DNA of 64,000 nt, from assembly GCA_021783135.1 (NCBI GenBank), contig JAJXUE010000006.1, positions 10,416 through 74,415 on the forward strand, given 5' to 3'. Shown here piece after piece: positions 24,872 through 34,620 of this stretch. The stretch comes from Bacillota bacterium (GTDB taxonomy: Bacteria; Bacillota; Desulfitobacteriia; Desulfitobacteriales; JAJXUE01). Made by a program: the position numbers and the translations under genes. Within the stretch, counting starts at the first letter, position 1; every line of letters begins with the position of its first letter. The notes below the pieces were generated by a model. The model was not told the origin of the DNA and did not search any database. It saw only the letters and a program-made list of their open reading frames with translations.

Positions 24872-25643
24872 TGTATTTGAGTATAGAGAGGTGCTTGTTA
24901 TCAATAACTTTCGCTCACAGTTACGCATTGGGCTTGTGCTTATTATCAGCTCGGCTGTGTTATATAGTTTACAGATCTTACTCTTTCACTCTCCGCGGGA
25001 TACAGCATTCTACTTGTTTCAGGATCTGGCCTTTGTGCCAATTCAGGTGATTTTGGTAACACTCTTATTAGATACGTTGCTGACTGCGCGGGAGAAGCAG
25101 GAAAAATTACTTAAGCTAAACACCGTAATCAGCGCATTTTTTAGTGAGGTGGGCTCTGCAACTATCGCCCTCATGGCTGCTTCGAACTTGAATCTGGTCG
25201 CACTGCAGGAGTGCTTAAAAGTTAATCCGGATTGGTCTAAAGCTGACTTTAACAAGGCCTCAGGCTTGGTGGAAGAATTTGAGCTTCAGATCAAGTGCAC
25301 TACTTCGCAGCTGGAACGCTTGAAAAAATATCTTGGGACCAAAAAACCATATATGCTTAGGATGTTTGACAACCCAAATTTACTTGAGCATGATACCTTT
25401 ACCGACATGCAGTGGGCCTTATATCATGTTTTGGATGAGCTTGAAAGCAGGGAAAGCCTTGAGGGTCTGCCTGGGAGTGACTTAACCCATTTGTCTAACG
25501 ATATTGTGCGCGCGTTTCGCTTGTTACTGATTGAATGGGTTAGCTATATGAAGTACCTCAAAAATGACTATCCGTATTTATTTTCACTGGCTATTAGAAA
25601 AAATCCATTTGAGGTCGGACGCTCCGTGATAATTGAAGACTAA
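24861..25643 (+). CDS. hypothetical membrane protein (two N-terminal transmembrane helices plus a soluble domain)
   Basis: 260 aa. Hydrophobic segments LRIGLVLIISSAVLYSLQILLF and LAFVPIQVILVTLLLDTLL. No motif recognised. Confidence 0.6.
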   Translation: MNGNVFEYREVLVINNFRSQLRIGLVLIISSAVLYSLQILLFHSPRDTAFYLFQDLAFVPIQVILVTLLLDTLLTAREKQEKLLKLNTVISAFFSEVGSATIALMAASNLNLVALQECLKVNPDWSKADFNKASGLVEEFELQIKCTTSQLERLKKYLGTKKPYMLRMFDNPNLLEHDTFTDMQWALYHVLDELESRESLEGLPGSDLTHLSNDIVRAFRLLLIEWVSYMKYLKNDYPYLFSLAIRKNPFEVGRSVIIED

Positions 25644-25779
25644 AGTCGTAAAAAAGTTACAATTAGTTTAGACAATTTTCACATTTATCTTATATACTAG
25701 GGAAAGGAAGCAAAAATCCAGCGTTAACCTTAACGCATGTAAAAAACTTGTAGTAACAACGACGAAAGGGTGAAAGAAG

Positions 25780-26496
25780 ATGCCTTATCAAAACTATCCT
25801 GCCGGTTATTATGCGCCGGATAATGTAGTGGACATTAAAAAAGTTAAGACGGTTTCCCTGGCTCAGGTGATGGGGCTGTTATCTTTTATGTTTTTGGCTA
25901 TGGCTGTGGGAGCTTTTCTAGTTCCGCAGCAGTACTTTATGCCAGCAATGATTTTGGAATTTGCCTTACTATTTATCATTCCCCTCACTAACAAGCGTGC
26001 GGTCGCAAACGGCAACGATCCTGCTGTAGGATTGACCGGCGGTCTGGCCTTAGTCTTCGCAGCGTGTGCCGGAGCGGTAATTGGGCCTCTGGTTCAGGCG
26101 CTGGCCGCTACTTCAGCCGGACTGGCTGTGCTTGGGCAAGCAGCGGTAGTCACGTTCGTCGTTTTTGCGGCATTTGGGGTATATGGACTTTTGACCAAAC
26201 GAGATCTTAGTGTAATGGCCAAGGTGCTCTTTATGAGCTTATTGGTGCTTATCGGTATTCTGGTTCTCTCGATGTTCTTTAGTAGTTTCTTTAGTCCGTT
26301 TGGTTTATTGATCGGTATCGGTGGTTCGATTATTTTTAGTTTGCTTACAGCAGTAGATTTTCAACGTGCCAAATACAGTACCTCCGACAATGCGGTGATG
26401 GTAACGTTGAGTATCTTTCTGGATTTTGTCAATCTGTTCACCTTTATTTTAGATATCTTTTTGCTGCTCGGGGGCGGCGGCGTTAGAAGGAATTAG
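25780..26496 (+). CDS. Bax inhibitor-1/YccA-family membrane protein
   Basis: 238 aa, about 7 transmembrane segments, with C-terminal features typical of the BI-1 family (DNAVMVTLSIFLDFVNLF). Confidence 0.8.
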   Translation: MPYQNYPAGYYAPDNVVDIKKVKTVSLAQVMGLLSFMFLAMAVGAFLVPQQYFMPAMILEFALLFIIPLTNKRAVANGNDPAVGLTGGLALVFAACAGAVIGPLVQALAATSAGLAVLGQAAVVTFVVFAAFGVYGLLTKRDLSVMAKVLFMSLLVLIGILVLSMFFSSFFSPFGLLIGIGGSIIFSLLTAVDFQRAKYSTSDNAVMVTLSIFLDFVNLFTFILDIFLLLGGGGVRRN

Positions 26497-26534
26497 GCAT
26501 ATAGCCGTAACGGGTTTGTCGCAACATTACATCT

Positions 26535-26561
26535 ACGGGCTAGACTGATAATCTAGCCCGT
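26535..26561 (+). terminator. terminator hairpin
   Basis: ACGGGCTAG-actgataat-CTAGCCCGT. Confidence 0.55.
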
Positions 26562-26572
26562 ATGTTTAGATG

Positions 26573-26598
26573 TTTATGAATGAATAATCATTCATAAA
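26573..26598. promoter_or_regulatory. perfect 11-4-11 inverted repeat upstream of the Fe-S protein gene (candidate operator)
   Basis: TTTATGAATGA-ATAA-TCATTCATAAA lies 24 nt upstream of the GTG at 26622. Confidence 0.4.
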
Positions 26599-26621
26599 AT
26601 AGAATTAAGGGGGATGAAATT

Positions 26622-27731
26622 GTGGGACACGCAATTAATGCAAAAGAGGAGATTTATCACGCGTTGGCAGAAAGGCTCAGCAAGACCCCGGAAGGTGCAC
26701 CCATCAATGAGCAGCTCATGGCAATTTTGCAGCGTCTTTATACAGAGAGTGAAGCTATGGTAGGCAGTAAATTTCCGCTAGTTCCGATGACTTTGGCTAA
26801 GATTGCGGGTATTACAGGTATTGAGGAACAAGAACTAAAGAGCATTCTTGATGGAATGGCGGATAAGGGATTAGTGCTGGATTTACCGCGTAAAGATACT
26901 TATTATTACATGCTGGCTCCAATGCTGGTGGGTTTTTTTGAGTATACCTTTATGCGCACTGGGAGTAAGCTTAATTTAAAAGAGTTAGCGGAGTTGTTTG
27001 AGAGCTATTTTCACAGTCCTGGTGTATCCCAAGAAATAGCTGGTATCAATACGAAAATGATGCGTAACTTAGTGTATGAAAGTGTCATCCCTGTTGCCGT
27101 TGAAACGGAAGTGTTAGACTATGAAAGAGCTTCGGAGATTATCCGCCAATCCGGCGGTGGGGCCATTAGCGTGTGCGCGTGTCGCCATGAAGCAAGTCAC
27201 CTGGGGAAGGCCTGTGATGCGCCCCAGGAGGTTTGTATGTCCCTGGGGTCTACTTCCGAATGGATTGTGCGTAAAGGTTTAGGCAAGCCGGCGACGGTGG
27301 AAGATTTGCTGCAAGTGTTGCAGCAAACACAGGAATTGGGCTTGGTTCACCTCTGCGATAACGTGATGAATAAGCCAACATATATTTGCAACTGCTGTGG
27401 TTGTTGCTGCCACGTACTACGTGATATTAATGAAAAACAAGTTTTCGCCACGCATCCCAGTAATTTTCTTCCAACTGTCGACTTGGATAGTTGTGCCGGT
27501 TGCGGCATCTGCGTGGCTAGGTGTCAAATCCATGCCATTGCGCTTTGCGCTCAGGGGGATGGGATAGAAGTACCGGTTGTGAATGAAGAGGTATGTATAG
27601 GGTGCGGCGTATGCGCAGCTGCCTGTCCAAGTGGTGCGATGGGTATGTCCAGACGCGCTGCCGTGCACCTTCCACCGGCGAATCTAAAAGAGAAGTTCAT
27701 GCGGATGGCCAAGGAAAAGGGCCGCATGTAG
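26622..27731 (+). CDS. Fe-S protein with two C-terminal 4Fe-4S ferredoxin motifs and additional Cys clusters
   Basis: 369 aa. CAGCGICVARC and CIGCGVCAAACP, plus CACRHE...C...C and CNCCGCCCH. Confidence 0.8.
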   Translation: MGHAINAKEEIYHALAERLSKTPEGAPINEQLMAILQRLYTESEAMVGSKFPLVPMTLAKIAGITGIEEQELKSILDGMADKGLVLDLPRKDTYYYMLAPMLVGFFEYTFMRTGSKLNLKELAELFESYFHSPGVSQEIAGINTKMMRNLVYESVIPVAVETEVLDYERASEIIRQSGGGAISVCACRHEASHLGKACDAPQEVCMSLGSTSEWIVRKGLGKPATVEDLLQVLQQTQELGLVHLCDNVMNKPTYICNCCGCCCHVLRDINEKQVFATHPSNFLPTVDLDSCAGCGICVARCQIHAIALCAQGDGIEVPVVNEEVCIGCGVCAAACPSGAMGMSRRAAVHLPPANLKEKFMRMAKEKGRM

Positions 27732-27829
27732 CTTGATAAATATAGCTTATTTACATTCAGTGGAAATTGTGTTAAAATAATAGCACTTGCATTTACGGAT
27801 TGGTTAAGTCAATAAGGTTGGCTCAACAG

Positions 27830-27864
27830 AGAGCGGTTCATTTTTGGCAATGAACGCTCTTTTA
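27830..27864 (+). terminator. rho-independent terminator
   Basis: AGAGCGGTTCA-tttttggcaa-TGAACGCTCT followed by TTTT. It lies inside the tabulated 27844 ORF, which argues for the later start. Confidence 0.65.
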
Positions 27865-27903
27865 TTTATGTGCAAAATTCATGCGGAAAGGAGGAAGTTG
27901 AAA

Positions 27904-28179
27904 ATGACCAGGACAGATTGGTTGGAACTCGGCAGGAGTTACTATTATAATTTCACCGAAAACGACTTAGAAAGAGTTATGACTGTTATTAAGTATGTAC
28001 TAACGAGTTACGTCAAGGGCGAGAAAATATCGGCCTATAATATAGAGTACCGAATGAAACGCGATGGATTTAAAGTTTTAAGCAGTTACTGCATGAAAGC
28101 TTTTTCTCTACTCAGTCACACGACGCTCATTGACTATTCCTATGACGAAAAGTACAGTTATCTTAAACAGGTAGCTTAG
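27904..28179 (+). CDS. hypothetical protein (91 aa)
   Basis: ATG at 27904 preceded by GGAGGAAG. No motif recognised. Confidence 0.5.
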   Translation: MTRTDWLELGRSYYYNFTENDLERVMTVIKYVLTSYVKGEKISAYNIEYRMKRDGFKVLSSYCMKAFSLLSHTTLIDYSYDEKYSYLKQVA

Positions 28180-28184
28180 ACCGC

Positions 28185-28230
28185 AAAAGCGCCCTGCTTT
28201 CAACTGATGAGTTGAAAACAGGGCGCTTTT
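28185..28230. terminator. bidirectional terminator
   Basis: AAAAGCGCCCTG...CAGGGCGCTTTT with an inner TTTCAAC/GTTGAAA stem. Confidence 0.7.
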
Positions 28231-28240
28231 GTTTTGCTGA

Positions 28241-29038
28241 CTAAATGTTCATGTCTTTGCGGTTGTAAAAAGTGTAGGTTACCCCGAGCAGCACCGCTAC
28301 AGTCAATGCGGACAATACTAGAAAAATTGCCTGAAAACCGCCGCTGTACATTAAACTCTTGGCCTCATAATATTTAAATGGGGTTAGGTATTGCAGGAAG
28401 TTAACTTTGCTGCTGAGGTCGATTAGCATGGACAAAAAGAAGGTAATCAGCAAGATGCCTGTTGCTACGGACACGGCCGTTTTGGGCTTTTTGCTGATGG
28501 CTGCTATACTGGTGCCGAGGACTAAATAGGTTATCTGCAAAATAAACATGCCTAACATCAGACGAAAAATAGCGGCATTAACTTGTTCGCCTTTACTGAA
28601 GTGTCCCACAACCACTAGGGAGGATACCAAGGTTACCAGGTTAAATAGCACGAGGTTGACCAAGGCTGCAGCTAGCTTGGCGGTTACAATTCCCGCGCGG
28701 GACGCTGGCTTGGCAAATAAAAATTCTGCAGTTTTGTCGCGTTCTTCTTTGGCAATGATTGTTGCACCCAGCATGGCGGCGTGGATCGTAGCCATTACGA
28801 CCAGGTATAAAAATAGTACACCGTAAAAGCCACTGGCTTTTGCTAAGTCAAAGGTACCTGTACCTAATATAGTCTGGATCGATTTGGGCATTTGGGCTAT
28901 TAGTTCATTCATCGATTGCCCGGAAACAGAGGCGGCGGAGTATTTACTCATGCCGCTGGCGACCATAGCCAAGACGGCGACGCACCATATAATTAAGCTT
29001 TGGCGATTGGCCTTCATTTCACGCCAAAAAATATTCAT
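28241..29038 (-). CDS. ABC-2 type exporter permease
   Basis: 265 aa, six hydrophobic segments. Paralogue of the adjacent permease. Operon with an ABC ATPase. Confidence 0.8.
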   Translation of the reverse strand: MNIFWREMKANRQSLIIWCVAVLAMVASGMSKYSAASVSGQSMNELIAQMPKSIQTILGTGTFDLAKASGFYGVLFLYLVVMATIHAAMLGATIIAKEERDKTAEFLFAKPASRAGIVTAKLAAALVNLVLFNLVTLVSSLVVVGHFSKGEQVNAAIFRLMLGMFILQITYLVLGTSIAAISKKPKTAVSVATGILLITFFLSMLIDLSSKVNFLQYLTPFKYYEAKSLMYSGGFQAIFLVLSALTVAVLLGVTYTFYNRKDMNI

Positions 29039-29074
29039 TGACTTATCCTCCCTTGCGCACTACTAACTCCAGAC

Positions 29075-29872
29075 TCATACTGGGTTGATATCTTTGCGGG
29101 CATACAAGAAATAGCTTGCGCTAATGGCCACGACAATGAACAGAATTTCTACTACTACAAAGGAAGTCTCATAAGCACTATGTTTGATGATATACGCCGG
29201 ATCATAATATTTGAACGGTGTTAGATAGCGTAGGGTAGTGTCGCCAAGAGTTGAACCAAACATGTTGAGGATGAATAGCCCAAATACCGTACCGAGGGAG
29301 ATGGAGAGGACCGACTTGATTTTGGGCATAAGCACTGAAATTAAAATACCTAAGGTGAGAAACATCAATTGGACCAGGAAAACAGTTGCTGTCAGCAACA
29401 AGAAAATTTGCCGGCTGTAACTTGCAGTGTTCACTGCTCTGGCCATAATGGTAGCGGCGGCAAAAAAGCAAATGTTAGTGAGTACGAGGCAAGTTAAGGC
29501 CGCTAAAATCTTGGCAGTCATGATTTTTTGGCGGGTTACTGGCTTGGTGAGCAAGAAGTCAGCGGTTTTGTCGCGTACTTCTTGGGATAGAATCGAGGTA
29601 CCCAGATTCATTGCTTGAATTGCTCCACACAGCATTACATACAGATAGATAAAGGAGTAAAAGCCCAGAAACGACGTAATGGTGGACAGGTTAAGACCGA
29701 TGGCCTGGCGCACTGCGGCAGGATAACCTTGCAGAATTTTTTGCACCCCAGCTGCATCCTGAGCGAAAGCAGGGAACATCGCTAACATCACAACCACCAG
29801 GGCCACTATGGCTAAGCTCCAGACGAGGGTTGACTTGCGGTACATGCTTAATTCATGCAGATAGATATTCAT
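29075..29872 (-). CDS. ABC-2 type exporter permease
   Basis: 265 aa with the same architecture as the 28241-29038 gene (shared LTPFKYY motif). Confidence 0.8.
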   Translation of the reverse strand: MNIYLHELSMYRKSTLVWSLAIVALVVVMLAMFPAFAQDAAGVQKILQGYPAAVRQAIGLNLSTITSFLGFYSFIYLYVMLCGAIQAMNLGTSILSQEVRDKTADFLLTKPVTRQKIMTAKILAALTCLVLTNICFFAAATIMARAVNTASYSRQIFLLLTATVFLVQLMFLTLGILISVLMPKIKSVLSISLGTVFGLFILNMFGSTLGDTTLRYLTPFKYYDPAYIIKHSAYETSFVVVEILFIVVAISASYFLYARKDINPV

Positions 29873-29886
29873 CGACCATAGGCCCC

Positions 29887-30762
29887 CTACTCATAGTAAT
29901 GTAAAAAGATTTCTTCCAGGCTAGGCTCCTCAATGAATAAATTGTTTAGTTTGATTGCTGCCAGCTTATTGATGATCAGGTTGATGTCACCGCTAAATAA
30001 AAAGCTTACGGTATTGTCCTTGACCAAGAGATTATTTACTCCGCGAAGTTGAAAATACTGGCTAGCAATCGGTGCCGGTAGTTCCAGGGAAAACTTTTTA
30101 TAGTTGTTTTCCTTGAGGGTGCTGATTTTCTCTACTCGGATAATCTTGCCTTCCTTGATAATTGCCACTCTGTCGCATAACCTTTGTACTTCACTTAAGA
30201 TGTGGGATGAGAACAACACCGTGGCGCCTTTTTGGTGTTCAGTGTGGATTAAGTCAAAGAATTTTTGTTGCATTAGAGGATCTAGGCCGCTCGTGGGCTC
30301 ATCTAGAATGATTAGCTTAGGTTCATGTAACAGGCCTTGAACTATGCCAACCTTTTTCTTATTGCCAAAGGATAATTCATCAATTTTTTTATGCAAATCA
30401 AGTTCCATGACCGCGGCTAATTCTTTGATGCGGGCAGTGCAATCCTTGTTATAGAAGCTAGCGGAATATTTGAGCAGGTCGATAACTCGCATGTGATCAT
30501 AGTAAAAGACCTCGGAAGGAAGATAGCCAATCTCTTGTTTGATTTCCGGCCCGAATTTGATGCAATCCTTGCCGAAGATAGTTGCACTGCCGCTGGTGGG
30601 ATAGATTAAGGCTAGCAAGGTGCGAATTGTTGTGGATTTGCCCGCTCCATTCGGCCCGATAAAGCCAAATATTTCTCCTTGCTCAACGCTTAAATTAACA
30701 TCGATAATGCCGCGGGACTTACCGTAATACTTGGTGAGATTTTTAGTTTCAATCACATTCAT
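29887..30762 (-). CDS. ABC transporter ATP-binding protein
   Basis: Walker A GPNGAGKST, signature-like SFGNKKK, Walker B LIILDEP. Confidence 0.9.
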   Translation of the reverse strand: MNVIETKNLTKYYGKSRGIIDVNLSVEQGEIFGFIGPNGAGKSTTIRTLLALIYPTSGSATIFGKDCIKFGPEIKQEIGYLPSEVFYYDHMRVIDLLKYSASFYNKDCTARIKELAAVMELDLHKKIDELSFGNKKKVGIVQGLLHEPKLIILDEPTSGLDPLMQQKFFDLIHTEHQKGATVLFSSHILSEVQRLCDRVAIIKEGKIIRVEKISTLKENNYKKFSLELPAPIASQYFQLRGVNNLLVKDNTVSFLFSGDINLIINKLAAIKLNNLFIEEPSLEEIFLHYYE

Positions 30763-30802
30763 GTGGACAACCTTCCTTTCGTCCCGGTGTATAGCCAGAA
30801 GT

Positions 30803-31426
30803 TTACTTGTAAAAGCACTCCCGAAAGAGTTTCAAATAGGTATTTGCTTCGCTAAGAATTGCTTGGTAATCAAGATCTTTTAGGTTTGGGTCAGATGTTT
30901 GAGACAAGACTTCGGCACCGAATTTTTCCAGCGTCCAAATAATTACTTTGATGGCCTTTTGTACGTCAATTTCCGCCTTAAAGAGAGAATAGTCGATGTC
31001 TGTTATGAGTGTTGCGTAACTATCTGCTATGGCTGCTTGCTCCTTTTGACTAATTAGGTTTTTGACTTCATCTGCTTCTTCGACATAAACCCTGGCGACG
31101 AAATCGAATATTTGGGGAAACTTTTCCGACAACTCGATTTTGACCAGCATGGTATCGCGCAAACGTACTAATATGTCTCTCTGGTTTAGATCAATCTTAG
31201 CTATAAGTTCAGTGGCAATTAAATCAACACAATAGTTATACACATAGGAGAATAGGCCTTGTTTATGCGCAAAGTAGTGGAACAATAATCCTTTGGAAAT
31301 GCCGGCTGCCTTGACAATGGTGTTGGTCGATGCGTTTACATAGCCATGCTTGGCAAATTCGTTAATCGACACACTGATAATATTATTCTTTTTGGCTTCG
31401 TCCATATTAATTGTTTTAGGATGCAT
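30803..31426 (-). CDS. TetR/AcrR-family transcriptional regulator
   Basis: N-terminal HTH FAKHGYVNASTNTIVKAAGISKGLLFHYF. Confidence 0.85.
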   Translation of the reverse strand: MHPKTINMDEAKKNNIISVSINEFAKHGYVNASTNTIVKAAGISKGLLFHYFAHKQGLFSYVYNYCVDLIATELIAKIDLNQRDILVRLRDTMLVKIELSEKFPQIFDFVARVYVEEADEVKNLISQKEQAAIADSYATLITDIDYSLFKAEIDVQKAIKVIIWTLEKFGAEVLSQTSDPNLKDLDYQAILSEANTYLKLFRECFYK

Positions 31427-31474
31427 TGTCGCTCCTTATTGGCATGTTTCGCTGGGTGATTTTCTGATATCATT

Positions 31475-31497
31475 CAATTGACCAATATGGTCAATTG
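31475..31497. promoter_or_regulatory. palindromic candidate TetR operator
   Basis: CAATTGACCA-ATA-TGGTCAATTG, perfect 10-bp arms, 49 nt upstream of the TetR start. Confidence 0.55.
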
Positions 31498-31812
31498 CAG
31501 AGTACCATAAATTACGCTGAAGGTAAAGCCCTTCAGTGATGTAGTTTTCGCGATCATTGACAGAAACGCAGGAATGCTAACTACTGTAAATAATGGAAAA
31601 TGTTATCTGCACATTAGGCAGGAGATATGAGGACCAAGCAAGAAGAACAAGAATAGGTACAAGCAGAATTAGGAGCACAACAAGAGGCTGAACTGAGAGC
31701 AACTGACTTAGAGTTTATACTTTGTTAATAAACAGTTTAGAGAAAAGCAATACCAACCAGTTACAATAGTATGTAGGAAGCTTCCCTAAAAATAGATGTA
31801 GGAGTTGAAGGA

Positions 31813-33048
31813 ATGAAAATCCAGAAGAAAACAGCGATGCTACTTAGTTTTGCCTTAGGAACTCTGTTGCTAGCCGGGACGGCTATCGCTGACATTTCCA
31901 GCCAGAGCGGGTATGGTCAGTTAAAGGATTCCCTTAAGCTAACGGCAGCCAAATGCAGTGACAGCTATAACAGTTTCACAATGGATTTTTCCACTGCGGT
32001 AACCGATAACGGTAAAACGGTTACCTCGTCCGACAGTGTACAAAAATATGATCGGGCAAAGAACGCAGTAGAGAGCGTCAATACTTCAGAGAATAACGGC
32101 CAAAAATCTAGGTTTTACTCATACATGGATGCTTCGACAACTATCAGCCAAAATCCCTCGGATGACATTTACTATGTAAATCAGTATTCTGAGCCGACTA
32201 AGCGGGCATTTTTTACTGACCCGTTTAAGAGCAGCAATTCCGAGGATATTGAGAAAATAGCCGATGCCGTAGTTGGCGGGCTGAAAGACTATGTCGTGGT
32301 AAAGGATAATGCCGATGGCAGCAAGGAACTTTCCGGTACCTTAACTGAAGTGCAGATTCCGCCGTTAGTCAATGCTGTAGCTTCTTTACAAGTAAAACAG
32401 CTATTTAGCAATCCTAACCAAACTACGCATATCACCAAGGACATCTATGTCAAAGAGATCAAAGGTACTGCGCTAATCAATAAGGACGGGGTTTTGGAGA
32501 GCATTTTAGGTACAGGAATACTCTCGGGCAAAGATGCGCAAGGCCAGGTGCACGAACTAACCTTTGAACTGTTAGGCAAGTTGACCGGGATCAATTCCAC
32601 TGCCGTCACTAAACCTGATCTTACCGGCAAGAAGGTGGTGCAACAGGTTATTTCAAAGCCAAATTCAGGGCCGGGAATTTCTGATCCGCAGAAATTTGTC
32701 GGAACCTTCAAAAACGATATCGTAAGCCAAAAAGATGGTGAATTTGTCAAAGCAGGCGAACGCATTATCGATATCACCCACATGGATGGTAAAACCGTGG
32801 CCGGAAGTTACCATGAAGAGTACGCCGCAGGTTTTGCCGCAAACCAGAAGCCGCCTCAGGACTTTAAATTTACTGCTACATTGAACAAGGGTCCAAACCA
32901 AGATCCGCAGGGAGCTGAATTCACAGTTCCGGGCACTAATACCAAAGGCAACATCCATTTTGATGAAGCTTTGGGTCAGGTGTACTTCAATATAAATGGT
33001 CCCTCCAGTCAGGCGTTTAATTCAGTTTTCAACAAAGTGTTTAAATAG
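31813..33048 (+). CDS. secreted protein of unknown function
   Basis: 411 aa with an N-terminal signal peptide (MKIQKKTAMLLSFALGTLLLAGTAIA). No motif recognised. Confidence 0.6.
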   Translation: MKIQKKTAMLLSFALGTLLLAGTAIADISSQSGYGQLKDSLKLTAAKCSDSYNSFTMDFSTAVTDNGKTVTSSDSVQKYDRAKNAVESVNTSENNGQKSRFYSYMDASTTISQNPSDDIYYVNQYSEPTKRAFFTDPFKSSNSEDIEKIADAVVGGLKDYVVVKDNADGSKELSGTLTEVQIPPLVNAVASLQVKQLFSNPNQTTHITKDIYVKEIKGTALINKDGVLESILGTGILSGKDAQGQVHELTFELLGKLTGINSTAVTKPDLTGKKVVQQVISKPNSGPGISDPQKFVGTFKNDIVSQKDGEFVKAGERIIDITHMDGKTVAGSYHEEYAAGFAANQKPPQDFKFTATLNKGPNQDPQGAEFTVPGTNTKGNIHFDEALGQVYFNINGPSSQAFNSVFNKVFK

Positions 33049-33146
33049 ACAGCTATCTATAGGTTAAGCTGCCGGGACTTGCCCGGCAGCTGCCGCGTTG
33101 GCCGGTTGCCGGTCGATTTTGCAGTTCGGTAGATGGAGGAGAGGGC

Positions 33147-33887
33147 ATGGAGAAGGTTATTGAGATTACTAACTTAACCAAAGTGTACCCCAACGGACGG
33201 GGTATCCGCGATATTAATCTGGATATCTATCGCGGTGACATCTTTGGATTTTTAGGGCCGAATGGTGCAGGTAAAACCACAGCAATGAAAGTTATGACCG
33301 GACTCATTCGACCCGGATCGGGTGATGTGAAAATTTTTGGCTATAGCATTACGGCAGAATATGAACAGGCTATGGCTGAAGTCGGCACGATTATTGAAAT
33401 AGCGGAGTATTATCCCTATCTCAGCGCCTTTGATAATCTTAAACAATTGGCTCGCTACTACGCTAAGGTTGATTACAAGCGGATTGATGAAGTGCTGGAG
33501 CTCACCGGCATGCTCAAATATAAGCAGGAAAAACCGCGCAAGTTTTCTTTGGGGATGAAACAGCGGCTGGGCTTAGCGGCAGCCATATTGTCGCGGCCCA
33601 AGGTCATCATTCTCGATGAACCCTTAAACGGCCTGGATGTTGAAGGTATGATCGACATGCGTAACCTAATTAAACAGCTGGCGGAGCAGGACAAAACTAC
33701 ATTTTTTATCAGCAGTCATTTGATTCATGATGTGGAGCTTACCTGTAATCGTATCGGGGTAGTCTATGATGGCAGATTGCTCAATGTGGACAGCACTCAG
33801 AACATTTTGTGCAATTATGCGACGCTCGAGAATTATTTTGTGAGTGAGGTAGAAAGAAATGGCCGTGTTCCAAGCTGCTCTCGTTAA
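33147..33887 (+). CDS. ABC transporter ATP-binding protein
   Basis: Walker A GPNGAGKTT, signature-like SLGMKQR, Walker B IILDEP. Confidence 0.9.
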   Translation: MEKVIEITNLTKVYPNGRGIRDINLDIYRGDIFGFLGPNGAGKTTAMKVMTGLIRPGSGDVKIFGYSITAEYEQAMAEVGTIIEIAEYYPYLSAFDNLKQLARYYAKVDYKRIDEVLELTGMLKYKQEKPRKFSLGMKQRLGLAAAILSRPKVIILDEPLNGLDVEGMIDMRNLIKQLAEQDKTTFFISSHLIHDVELTCNRIGVVYDGRLLNVDSTQNILCNYATLENYFVSEVERNGRVPSCSR

Positions 33888-34611
33888 TGAAATAGAGAAA
33901 CTGTATAAAAAGAAAAAGGCATTAGTAGCAGTAATTCTAACCTTGGCGATCATTGTTATCGGCCAACTGGTCATTGTCGGGGTGCGAAGTGGGTTCGGCG
34001 TCAGAGGGGTGGGCAGCGTAGAGTTTTCTATGTTGGTATTGTCAGTTGTTATTAACACGATCCTGCCGTTATTTACGGCCCTGATCGTCATCGACAGTTT
34101 TTCCGGCGAGTTTGCCGCGAACAGTATGCGCATTACCCTGACCAGGCCGGTCAGCAGGTTTAAGCTTTTTTCTGCCAAACTCACCGCCGTAGCTGTGTTT
34201 ATTCTAACTGCACTTATGTTACTGCTGATTTTTTCCCTCCTAGCCGGATTCTTGTTTAACGCCAACTCGGCCAGCCTTGGGGATGTTGCCCGGATAGTGG
34301 TTGCTTATCTGATGAGTTTATTGCCCCTATTTGTTTTAGCCCTGGGGATTGCGTTGGCGGCTAACATTTTGCGCAGCGGCATTTCGGTGTTTTTCTTGGC
34401 AGTTTTAGGCTTTATCGTGTTCCAAGGCCTAGGGATGTTTTTCACACGGTATTCCGGTTTGCTGATTACAACTGAGTTGAGCTGGTATAACTTATGGCTG
34501 GCAAGTACATTGCCGCTGGGGAAGATTATACGTGAGTTCCTGATAATGGTAGGGTATGCTATAATTTTATTTACGGCAGGTTTTTACTTATTTGACAAAA
34601 AAGAGTTTTAG
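33859..34611 (+). CDS. ABC-2 type permease
   Basis: 250 aa, multi-transmembrane. Overlaps the ATPase gene by 29 nt. Confidence 0.75.
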   Translation: MAVFQAALVNEIEKLYKKKKALVAVILTLAIIVIGQLVIVGVRSGFGVRGVGSVEFSMLVLSVVINTILPLFTALIVIDSFSGEFAANSMRITLTRPVSRFKLFSAKLTAVAVFILTALMLLLIFSLLAGFLFNANSASLGDVARIVVAYLMSLLPLFVLALGIALAANILRSGISVFFLAVLGFIVFQGLGMFFTRYSGLLITTELSWYNLWLASTLPLGKIIREFLIMVGYAIILFTAGFYLFDKKEF

Positions 34612-34620
34612 GGTGAAGCA

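Noticed and set aside
33666-34265. 199-aa minus-strand ORF
   Set aside because: It is antisense to the well-supported ABC ATPase and permease genes, and its translation is low-complexity. It is a typical shadow ORF. The same reasoning applies to 1609-2097, 11214-11648, 16507-16863, 22283-22648, 50539-50907 and 51552-51998.
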